Positions 13,392 to 29,510 of a stretch of 64,000 nucleotides of DNA are shown in pieces. The notes under the pieces are model-generated. The model ran no database searches and was not told the origin of the DNA. It saw nothing but the letters and a program-made list of their open reading frames with translations. Each line of letters opens with the position of its first letter. Positions within the stretch are counted from its first letter, which is position 1. The DNA lies in assembly GCA_000708835.1 (NCBI GenBank), contig DF237096.1, positions 1 through 64,000 of the forward strand. Reading direction: 5' to 3'. Made by a program: the position numbers and the translations under genes. Source of the stretch: Klebsormidium nitens (Eukaryota; Plantae; Klebsormidiophyceae).

Positions 13392-16128
13392 GCCCATTAC
13401 TGGTGGGTCGTGCTGCTCGAAACAAGTACAGCGGTTGGCGGTCTATCTTTTGAGAGAGCTGAGACAACGAAAGGTCGGTGTGTTCGATCAGAGATCTTAG
13501 GCAACAGGTTGGGTTGTACGTGGCAACTCGCTTGAGAGAAGCAGACACGTCCCTACCATTCTAGAAGTAGTAAAAGCTTTGGATAGTCTGGTTGACATGC
13601 TGCCCTTGGTGGTAAATTGTTGCTTGTGACTGCTCTACAAGCGCACCAAAACTGGGCCGGTTCCGAGTCCGCCAGGTGGCACATAAACTGCTAGATGAAG
13701 GAGAACGAAGCAGTCGGATTGAAAGAGGATTCTATAGATTGTCAACATGCATATGCTGAGTCTGGTCGTGCCATATGATGTTGTCGGCATGTCTCTTCCA
13801 GAGATGCACCTTGGACGTATGTCGTTGAGCTCGTTGGATGATATTCCATCATGGAGGTCATTTGTTAATTGAAGTGCCGTCGCCATCCCCTCTGTTTGTC
13901 CATAACTATTAGTAGAGGAGTTAGGGGACACAACTTATCGAGTTGGTTTGGCCAACAATCAATGTTATGTTGATATTCATATTGATCTTGTCAAAATGTT
14001 GTGTTATTGATATTGTTGTGAGATTGCATGTTGTTACATTTTCGAGCTTGACGATTATAGTTTCGTGCTCTTTTGTGTTAGCAATCTAAGAAGGATGCGC
14101 AAAGATAAGCAACGCGAAATGGTATAGCTGTAGCAAGACCAAGTACTAGGTGTGATCCAAGATTAACTATACATATGCTCAGTATATACGTACTGAGCAT
14201 ACCCAGTATAGTCACGAAAGGAACCTTTCCACGCTCAAGTGTATGGGTAACAACTTTATCAGAGGAAGCTCAGGAAGACTGCCTTATTTTGAAGTTCAAG
14301 GGTGTGCGTCATGACGCCATTGGCCCTCATTCGTAAGTAGGAATCTGGAATCAGCATGTAGGAGGGGGTGGGGGGCTTGACCGCCCCTCTACTCGACCAC
14401 GGAGGCCGAGGGGCTCTCGACTGTGGACGGTTGGCTAAGCCTGAGCCTGAGATAAATTAAACAAGTCAAGACCATTGAATGTCTTATATGTCACTAATGC
14501 CGTATTGAATTGAATCGTTTAGTTTTGAGGTCGCTTGGGGGCCGTAATCTTGTTTGTAGTCTAGCTTGGGCTTGTAGTCGATGCAAACCTAGAGCTATTG
14601 CTCGAGTCCTTGCATTATATTAGCTCTCCTTCGATTGCTGAGGTATTGAATCTTGCCTACAGAATATCTGTTTCATCTGTTCTGTGTATTGGAAGGGCGG
14701 GTTCACCTGCTATGTCTTGGTAGGCCTCTGTTTAAGAGGTTGGCATCCGTTGCCATTGGCATAGCTGTGCGTGAGAATCATTGATTCTCGACTTGAGTCA
14801 TGCTACGATGCACATAAGGGTAGCATGTTTGATTCAGTGTGCACTGTGAACGTTTGACGGCTTGGGTGCCTGATAGCATCCCCAACCACAACCAAATTGT
14901 GCTTGGCCTTTGATATGGCTGAAGTGCAAATGTAGGATAGGGGGTTCAATCTCAACTACGAAATACCAGTAACCGGCATACCTACTTAGTACTACCGTAC
15001 TTCTTTGAATGTTCATTGTTGACTATTCGAGAGCAAACAGCATTAATGATGGCAGTCCTTTCCGGAAAGATCGTGTGGAAGGAAAAGCTGCCAACTGGCA
15101 TGCACTCCGTATTTGCCGCATGTTCTGACTCATCAGGGTCCGGATCAGGTATAGATTGTGGCAACTCCTTTGCCTCCTAGGGGCTTGTCCCCGAAGATTC
15201 AGAAGCCCCGGGCACACTAACTAAAAGCCCTAATCCGGCCCGTACATTACGCGCTTCACCCCCGTACCCATCCTAACCCCCAAACTAGCCCTATCCTTCC
15301 CCCGGGCACTTTTACTGGTCAACTTGGCCCTTAGTCAACACGAAATCGTGAGTTTCCAAATGACAACATAATGACAACATAAAGATAAACGCTCGCTAGT
15401 GACAACACGTTGACCATTATGCTCGTGAGTCGTCGACCCAAGCATTCGAATTTCGGCAGCCGGCTCTAACCGACTGTTCTCCGGTCAGTCGGCTCAGGGC
15501 TGGACCTCTGAACCGGTCGGCATTTGTCAGTAAGGTTTTCGGCCGACGCCCCTCGGTTGAGTCGGCCGGGTGTCAATTCCGTCGGCTGACGTTTGCCTGG
15601 TTTGACGGCTCATGTCGAACGTACTGATTGATTTGCAAGTGACTGACGGATTCCATCCCGCGGTGCTCTTCGAAAGCCAGGAAAATCCCTCCGACTTCTT
15701 AGACTCAGAGTCAGAGAAAGCTTTGATACCTAGAAAATTGCTTCATGCAAGTTCAATTCCTTTGCAAGGGTGTGCGCACTGTACTGCGGCATGCCCGTTC
15801 TCCGCTAGTCGTGCTCATGCCGCTTCGTATTCGCACATTCAGTGCGGCACAGCTGACCACCGTCGAAATTACAACTTTCTGTACTGAGCTCAAGTATCAA
15901 AGTATTAAAAGTGGGTATATAGGTAACATCAAAAAGTAGAAGAAGGAAGCAGCATTTCCTGGTTCTGCCAGAAAGCTGAGCTCCCCAGTCTGACGGGTGG
16001 AAGTCTGTCTTCATTGCTTTCTCAGTACTTTCTCCTGAGCTCGATCAAACCGGCGCTCAAACTTGGGGACACAAAGAAGCGGCCGCAACACCACTTGCAG
16101 AACCAAAGGCGACCACAGCTAGAGTCAA

Positions 16129-21210
<5,082 letters not shown>

Positions 21211-21984
21211 CGGCGCGGTCTGCTTCAAGGTCGCCTTAAACTCAATCCGAAACTTGGACACAAGCCTGTTGAGCTTGTGCAACTGGTCTTCCACGCCAAC
21301 TTGGATGAATGGTCTTTCCTCGGCGACACAAGAAGGGCCCGGCCTGTCAGATGGTCGCCGCTGATGGCAAAGCAAAGGTATAGAGGAGCTCGTCAGTGTG
21401 TGTACCCGATCGTAAGTGTCCGCGTTTTGGCAACTTTCTGATAGAGTCGTCTGGTCTGGCCGCAAGGCTGCCGGCGAGGTATCTCGACGACCGCTGATTG
21501 AAGATCGAGATCCAAGAACAAGTGTTCTCGACCTTTGATTTGAGAGCGAGGCCCAAAATCATCTGTCCTCAACCGTTGATTTGAGGGCGAGCCCCACGTA
21601 CACCTGTTCTGGACGGTCTAACAGTTGACTTTTACGGATATTAAAGTCACGACGAGAGTGTTCGAAGAAGCACAACTGCCTGATTCGTGCACACCGAAGT
21701 CCACTTTCTGCTTCGTTAGGGTGCGCGCGCGTAGAATGTCAATTGCTCGCGAGCACTGCCACGTGGCCGCTGACTGAGTCGCGCTTGACTGCAGAGATTC
21801 CCGGCCTGCCGAACCTTGTCTGCGACTACGTGACTCTAACCAACGTAATCAACTAGGTAGGCTAGCAGTCAGACGCCGAACCGAAGAGTCGGCTCCCAAA
21901 ACAACGGAGCAAGGTTCGGTCGTGCTTCTAGCTCCGACAGCTTGTCGGGAGGGGAAACAGATTGCGGTTCCCGGTCCGTTATAG

Positions 21985-22130
21985 GGAGTTTGAGTATGAG
22001 GTATATGAGTTTTGAGTATGAGTATGAATATGACTTTGAGTCCGTTGTGGAAGGTTTGAGTTACAGGGTATGAGTAAAAGTATGAGTATGACGTTTGAGT
22101 TTTGAGTATGAAACTATTATGGAAGGTCGA
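21985..22130. repeat. Degenerate (T/A)TGAGT(A) simple-repeat tract
   Basis: More than ten TGAGT/TATGAG units. Confidence 0.7.
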
Positions 22131-22149
22131 AAGGATAAGAGAGTTTGGC

Positions 22150-22360
22150 GGATTGCTTTGAGAAGCCCACTTAGTTTCCTTGCAGTCAAGGGTGGATTTA
22201 AACGTTCAATTGTGATGCACAGAACCAAATGAACGGTGCAGTCGGCTTAGCGGCTGCTTTGAGAAGCCCACTTAGTTTTCTTACAGTCAAGGGTGGATTT
22301 AGACGTTGAATTGTGATGCACAGAAACCAATTAACGGTGCAGTCGGCTTAGCGGCTGCCA
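22150..22360. repeat. ~101-bp tandem duplication (2 copies)
   Basis: TTGAGAAGCCCACTTAGTTT...GGTGCAGTCGGCTTAGCGGCTGC repeated twice with few substitutions. Confidence 0.9.
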
Positions 22361-23539
22361 TGCATCAGGCGGATTGCGCGGCACAGAGTGCAGAACATAA
22401 CAGCAAGAACATGTATGGGAGTGGGATTCCAGGAAAGACAGGAGGCATGCTTCGATCGTTGGAATAAAACTGCCGTGAGTCGCTGCCCTGATAGGGTCGA
22501 TCCGACGATCGGAATATGAGGATCCTAGAGGATTTTGTACAATAGACAATCATGAATTTAAAGCTTACATTTTCGAGTACTCACGGTAGACCGGTACGTG
22601 TGATATTGGAGATCAAAAAGCACAGCTTGGAAATTCCAGGCACATATGATGTCACGACGGTATGGTGTACTGACGGTATCCAGGGTCGCTGACTACAGAA
22701 TTGGCGCCTTTGTAAACAGAACTGTGGTGTGACATTTGGGAAAATTCTATGCATGCATGTCCAATTTTACTTTTTTGCATGATGCATGCTAAAATTTCAC
22801 TTCCTAAAGTATCATGCCCAATGTGGTTTGATAATAGTCGTGACATCATCACATGACGGTCCGACATGATGTTTCAATACGCAATTCGACATATCAGATC
22901 ATACTAGCGTTGTCATTCGACTATACACATGCTGCGCTACCTCAGTGCGGTCGTATATATATAATATTTAATATATTGAATGTTAATCGATGGGTACCTA
23001 CAATATCTGTCTATCTGCAACGTCTTACATCTTGCACAAAATCATGGGCGAACATCCACATTTTTGCCGAGGCTAAGTAACAATTGCATCCATCCACGCT
23101 GGGTCTTAAATCAGCATACACGGTCGACTCGGACTCTGCGTATTTGCGGAAACGTGGTCAAAATATCAACGCCCTCCGGCGCAAATGTGACGGGGTCCAG
23201 CGCGCGGCCTTTGCTGGGCATCCACTTGTGGTGGTCCACGGGCAGAAGCCTCCAGCTCAACGAAATCCAAATTACAACTGTGCTCAGGGTCCCGACTTTC
23301 TGTGCCAAAGATATGATCGAGGCTGTTTTCTGCTTCTCTAAAAGTCCCCATACTTCTCAACGCGTGTCACATGATCCTGGGCTGCGAACCAATGAGCAAG
23401 CGCCCCGACTCCCTCTACACTAGCTCGTTCACCCCGCACGGACAACACTCATCGTCATCGAGACAGGCTCTGTCTTTTCGAGTTCCAGCCTATACAAAAC
23501 CTGTATGCCGCCAGATAGTCTCGTAACCATCTCGCCCGC

Positions 23540-26500
23540 TCACTCGTCATCGTCGCTGTCTAGCACCACATTCCGCCGCGCCCTCGCGGGCGCCCTCGCC
23601 CCGACCGCCTCCACATCGTCCATAAGCGCATCCTCCAAACCGTTCTGTGTGCAAAGTTCTGCGACCACGTCCGTCTTCAGGAGGCGACGCCTCTTCCCGT
23701 TCTGCGTGCCCGACGCACCCCCCGTCTGCTCAGCCGCAGACGATTCCACCGCGTCAGCGTCCGAGCCGTCTCCGGCGCCCAACTCGACCCCGTCCGAAAG
23801 TCCATTCGGACCCTCTTCCAACCCGTTCGCACGCTCGTTCCGCTCATTCCGCCCGTTCGGACGCTCATCCCGCCCGTCCGGACGCTCATCCTGCCCGTTC
23901 GAACGCCCAGCCCCGTGATTCCCCTCCTTGTCACCGTCCGGATGGTCCGTGCGCTTCGGACGCCGACGCCGCCCCCCACCCGCGTCTCCATCGCTCCCAC
24001 TGCTTTCCTGCCCCGCAGCCCCCCTCCGCTGCGCCAGTCTGTCGAGCATCTCCTTGCGCGCACGCTTTTTCTGCGCCGCGACAGAGCGCTCCTCGGAGGT
24101 CGCCCTATGCGCCGCTGCCTGCGAAACTCTCTCCTCGGCCTCGTTGCGGATGACGTCATCGTCATCGTCGGTGTCGTCAGCGAGGCGCTGCCGCATGGAC
24201 TTGGCAGCCGGGTTATTTGAACCCGGCGGGGGCGGCTCGTGTTCCTCAGCTGCAACAGACCACGCTACCTGGTTAAATCCTTGACCCTAACCTTAACCTG
24301 ACTTCGATCCAGATCAAGCCTGCCATACTTTAAAGCCTGCTCTCGGGCTACACGAGTGTGCAGAAGACTCGAGTATCAGTCCGTCCGCTGCAGAGCAGGC
24401 TTGGGGACTATGAGAATCAAGGAAAGGTGTCGTAACACGAACCCTGCCAAGTTGCCCCGTCCACTTTGCTCCTTGCTATTTTTCATGAAAGCTGTGCAAG
24501 TCTTTATACTTGCTAGCAAGCTCAGGTCCAGCCACGACTGTGGGGTAGGACGCCTGTCAATGAAAAGGCGTGCACTTCTCCCGCCTCAAGGTTCGCACAT
24601 GGATCGGCATCCGAGCCACGGAGATAAAAGTGTGATGACGTCAGGGTCCCTTCTACTCAGGAACACACGATCACGAATAAAGTGGGATCGTAAGAAGCTA
24701 TGCGCTTCACACCAGAATCCCAAGCCGCTCTCATAGTCGCTCCTGACAAGACTTGCGAACCAGTAACGATTTCATTCAAACCTCACCTCACGCATGTATA
24801 GCGAGAGCATCTGTATTCTCAGACGATCAAAGTAGCCACTTGACTTCTTCAGATCAGCATAAGGCTAACAAGAAGCAACACCTTAAATACCCGCCGACCC
24901 ACGAACTCCAAGCCACAAACGAGCATCATCTCGTAGCGGCCTATCGCGCTACAAGCCGTAAGCTCACCTTCCGTAACCCCTTCTCCCTCAGCCGCCCTGC
25001 CCTCTGCCGCCTTTGCGGCCCGCTCTCGCCGCAGCGCGACAGCGCGTGCCTTGTTAGCCTCAATGCGCGCTCTCTGCTCCGCTGTTAGTCCTCCGCCGAC
25101 GGCAGCTGGGCCCGCATCTGAAGCGCCGTTCGGTTCCTGGGGAGGAGAGAAGACTGATCAGGATAAAGTCAACAGTCCAAGGGCAGCACAAGAGCGCATG
25201 TCTCGTTGGTCTCCATGCGCGCTCCCTGCTCTGCTGTTAACCCGCCGCCAACGCCACTCGGGACCGCGTCTGAAGCGCCGTTCGGTTCCTGGGGAGAAAA
25301 GGAGATGATTGATTTAGAATCAACGTACTAGGGGGCCTGTAAGTCAAATGCGCCTTGCTGACCTTGAGTGCGCGCCGCTGTTCATTTTCCGCCAATGGCA
25401 GCGTGGGCCGGAGCGCCGTTCGTCTCCTGGGGACAAGAGGATATGATTGACATCAACTCAGCAATATGCCGTGGGGCTTTGAAAGACAAATGCGCCTCGT
25501 TCGCTTGATGCGCGCTCTCTGCTGTGCTGATAACGCTACGATGGTAGGCGCCACGGCCGCAATTGAAGCGCAAGTCGTTTTCTGAGGAAAGAGGACATTA
25601 TCGCCATAGAGTCAGCACATTGTAGGGCTCAGGAAGTCTCGTACCAATTATACTGGGTCCCAACTTCTGCATAACCCACCACTTTTCGTCCCAAAGTTTG
25701 CGGAGGACGGCGTTTCTGGCAGTAAACTTTCAAGCGACGCCATTCTTCCCTGCTCTCTTTCTTCGGAAGGGCTAGAGTAAACTTAAGAGCCGCCCCTGCA
25801 CTGCTTGTTTGGTCGCCAGAAAGGAAGGAGGAGAGAGCTAGAGCACGCCACTATTTCCTGTTCCATGGCGGACGCCATGACCAGACCCAAATGCGCACAA
25901 CAAGATGTTCTTCTTAGACCGTCCAATCGGCGTTCGACGGCCTCGATCCTTCTTTTCCAAAAAGTGAATCTTGCACAAAGTAGGACACGGTATAAATGGC
26001 ACGAGAGTCAGATGCGCCTCTCTGCTCTGTCAAACCTTCGCCTGTTGGAGCAGGGGCCGGATCCGAAGCGTCGTTCGTTTCCTGGTGAGCAAAGAGATGA
26101 TCGACAGAGTCAGCATACTGTGGGGCCTTGATAGTCAAAAATACAACTTGCTGGCATTGATGCGCACTCTCTGCTCCGCTGCTACATCTCCGCCAGCAGG
26201 ACTACGTCCGAAGCGCTGTTCGTTTCGTGGGGGAAAGAAGGGACGATCGACAGAAGGTCAGCATCCTACGGGGCTTTGAAAGTCAGATGCGCATCGCTGG
26301 CCCTGATGCGCGATCTCTTTTCGGCGGTCAGGCCGGCTCAAACCGAAGTCAGACTGACCGCAGGACCAAGCCAAAGTCAGGATTCATCTGGATTCTGAGA
26401 GCAAACAGTTGACCTCTTGATTGCTTGTCAACATTCGCTCTCGGCTTGGTAAACGAGATATCTTCCGGCTGGAGCAGACCCAGATACTGCCATGCGACAC

Positions 26501-28563
26501 AAAAACGAGGAACAAAAAAGTCTTGAGTCCCCCTGCCCATGTCACAGAGTAGTTGAGCGAATGGAAAAGTACCGATTAGAGTAGCCTGACCATTTGAAGG
26601 TCAGACAGACCCCGAAGGTTAGGAGACCTTGGCTAGCAACAGCTACCAGGGGCTTCTGAAGTGCAGAGGCAATTCCATCCAAGATATCCCTGAAGTGCAC
26701 CTTTTTTGGCAATCTTCTGACCGCCAGAAGACGTCTTCTGTCTCAAAGTGGCACCCAATGAAACCCAAAACTTTCCCCACTCACATCGTCAGCCCAGCTA
26801 GCCGGGCCCCCTCCCACCCCAGTCGCAGCCCCCCAATCATTTGGCGCCGCTCCAATCCCAGTCTCCCAGCCATCTTGTCCTGGAGAGGGACCTTTCTCCC
26901 ACGCCTCGTTACCATCAGCCGCAGCATTCTGGTCCACTTGCTGTTCCCAGGCGGTCCCCCAGGCCGTGGGTTCCACATCTGCTGGCTCGTAGGCGTTGTC
27001 TTCGCCGTTCACTATTCTGTGCCTCAGGTCCCGGATTGTCGACTGCAGACCGGACAGATAACTGTTGATGTAGTACGGAGCAACTCGGTTGTGCAGAATG
27101 AATTGCCTGGGGGGGTTGCACGAGATCGTAGTGATTCCAACTTAAAATGGCAGCTGTGGCTGAGCTGGGTGTTCCTGAAACCGGGCCGAAGCACCCAAAC
27201 TGTGAGCTAATGCAGTGTCAACTACGGTTGCTGTTCTCGAAAAGTCTCTTCCATTTGTCCACTCTCAGCACGTCTCATGCACAACTTGATGTGAGTTATT
27301 CAGATCTCAGCTAAAATTCGATCACCTGGTTTACCAAAATGGTTGAAAGAAGGAGAACAGGAGAAACGGTCGCTCTGATCGCCTGCAATGGCGCTTTTCC
27401 TCCAACACGGCAAAACATCGCCTCCTTTCTCCTCAAAAGTATCCTCACTAAATAAGACTTGAACACTGACTCTCTGCCAACGTCTTTCAGCGCTTATGGT
27501 TGCAACCATGCCCTTGACTACACACCAGGGTGACCAGAAACTCCAAAACGTGAAAATCACATCAAATATTACTCTGCCCGCACTAGACACAGCTAGCCGG
27601 CCACTGGACGTAATCACCCTTAAAGGCCTACAATGGGAGTGTTCTGATCAGGTGTTTCACTCACCCTGACTCTCTTCTTAGTCCCGAGCTTCTCCACCTT
27701 CTCCACAAAGTCACTGTACGTGACGGATGGGAAGACCATCTTGTGCCACCGTTGGTATAGCTCTAAGAGTCGGCGAAGGTCCCCCACCTTATAGGATCGA
27801 CAGAGCAGAACTCTTTAAACCCCTTGATTACAAGTAGCTAGTGGAAAAGCACTTTATCAAAATCTCTCTGACGGAACTGCAGGCGTGGCTAAAGGTTTTG
27901 CTTCTTGTTAAAAACAACCAAACATGCGCTTAATCGCCATGGTTGCTTTGAAGTTGCTGGACAATTTCGATGCCAGGTAGAGGAACAAAATGGTCTTCAC
28001 AGTCACAGTTTGCCACGCTTTTTGAGCTTCAACTTGGACAACATCCAGTCAACAGCTTGAAACCTTTAGACTGGCTTAGAAACAACTGAACATCCGTGTA
28101 TGCTTTGAGAAACAACATCTGTCGACCTGCACAGACTGGCAAACATCTAGACGGAGGAGAAGGGCATCATACATGAGGATTTAGGAAGGCCTCTTCAGGA
28201 GAAGGCTTGCGCGGCTATCAAACATTCTTCTTGCCACCCTTGAGAACGTACCTCATGCCCCCTCCCTTTGATCTCCATCAGCTTTGGAAACTCTTGCAAG
28301 ATGTAACCGATGCCCTTGTCCTTCGATAGCAGAACGTCCTCCGTCAGTTTCGGGCGTGTGAAAATCCTCTTTGGCCCAAGGACGTCAAACGCCTGCTTCT
28401 TCTTCCCCGTGGGCGCCTTCCACTCTTTCCATTCTCGCTGCCCGTCTTTTGCAGGCTCCCCTTCCTGCTTCCCATCGGGTTTCCCATCCGCTGGACAGTC
28501 CCGAGCCCAATGCCCTGTCCCGCCACACTTATAACATCCTGTGGCTCGTTGACTGGCTGCCAT
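23540..28563 (-). CDS. TIPIN: TIPIN/Swi3/Csm3 replication fork protection protein with N-terminal CCHC zinc knuckle
   Basis: Exons 28563-28252, 27787-27665, 27042-26785, 25136-24968, 24249-23540, phase-consistent. CYKCGGTGHWARDC knuckle; Swi3 domain (RPKLTEDVLLSKDKGIGYI...GHEVGDLRRLLELYQRWHKMVFPSVTYSDFVEKVEKLG); LTAEQRARIEANKARA motif; acidic VLDSDDDE terminus. Confidence 0.9.
25040..26350 (-). repeat. Degenerate ~140-155-bp tandem array copying the TIPIN exon-4 acceptor and 5' exon sequence
   Basis: Acceptor-like copies with exon starts at 25136 (real), 25288, 25426, 25581, 26081 and 26226. Each has GAAGCG(C/T)CGTTCG(G/T)TTCCTG-like and ATGCGC(G/A)CTCTCTGCT-like blocks. Confidence 0.85.
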
Positions 28564-28928
28564 CTGTACCGTCGCAAGAGAGGGAAGCTAACTTGGCACG
28601 CCTCAGGACCTGTACATGCTCTGCTCCAGAATATGTTCCTGCATTTGCTTGCAGCTTTCTCATATGCGCCTTACCGAGGAAGCCTTACATGTGAGCTGAA
28701 GTGCGGCCGCTTTACGTGGATTCTGGAAGGGACGTCAGCGGCGGCCGGCCATCTGCCCATGGCCCAATGCCCTCTCACTCTGAAGTCTCATCCGTACGTG
28801 CATGACCTTTCATGAGCTTGTTGGCAGCCGGGCGCAGGCCACAATTGGCAACTCGGCAGCCAATGCCAATGCCAATGGCAGCAAACGCCGCGCTGATACC
28901 TACACTTCTGCAGACTCCAGAGCTACCC

Positions 28929-28955
28929 TTTGAAATTTGGCGGGAAATCTTCAAA
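28929..28955. promoter_or_regulatory. E2F-type site (TTTGGCGGGAAA) flanked by inverted TTTGAA/TTCAAA motifs in the TIPIN-ATRX divergent promoter
   Basis: Exact TTTGGCGGGAAA at 28936-28947, TTTGAA at 28929-28934 and TTCAAA at 28950-28955, lying between two replication/chromatin genes. Confidence 0.6.
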
Positions 28956-29478
28956 TATGGTCTCGGTTAACCCACTGTTTTGGATGAAGAACCGGCGGGC
29001 GCTCGCCCCCAGTTGCCCGGTGCTGCGACGTGAGCAAGTCCCGCCCCGGCTCGCAATGGGGCCCCTGGACTGTTAACCCGGGCGGTAACCTTAGCAAGGG
29101 TTTCTGGTCATGTTCAAAATTCAAACCTGAAGTTTGAGTCATTCTATGCCTGGACAAGACCTGCAGGCTGCATGAGAAGCGGGCGGGAGGCACTTCCGCG
29201 AGTGAACGCTGGCAGGCCTGCTGATGTGGATGAGTGGGATTCAGCAAGGACGTTTCGTCTTCCCTTGTTACCTACCAAGCGTCCTGTTGGTTTGGTGGCA
29301 CAGCACCGCTTGATAAGAACTGCGCTGGTTCGTGGTGGTGGCTGCACGGTTGGGGTTTCTGACACCGATTTCAATGTTCGGCGTATACGGCGTCTTAGGG
29401 GAAGGGGGAGCCAGGGCCAGCAGAAGTGGGTGCTATTGTACTTTCTGAAATTGTAGGTGCCTTGTGCAAAGCAGTGCT

Positions 29479-29486
29479 TAGGGTTT
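29479..29486 (-). promoter_or_regulatory. Telo-box (AAACCCTA) just upstream of the ATRX start codon
   Basis: TAGGGTTT at 29479-29486, about 25 nt before the ATG at 29511. Confidence 0.35.
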
Positions 29487-29510
29487 GAAAGACGTGCACC
29501 AACAGGGATC

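Noticed and set aside
25040-26350. Regularly spaced repeats as a CRISPR-like array (also 42874-43160 and 60107-60530)
   Set aside because: The units are copies of adjacent exon and splice-site sequence, are degenerate, and lack unique spacers. The context is eukaryotic and there are no cas genes.
26420-26490. Possible extra TIPIN exon (YLGLLQPEDISFTKPRANVDKQSR)
   Set aside because: It is not needed for phase continuity, has a weak donor, and shows no family similarity I can recognise.
29172-29456. 94-aa ORF upstream of ATRX as a separate gene or conserved uORF
   Set aside because: It has no recognisable motif or coding-like composition, and the transcription start is unknown.
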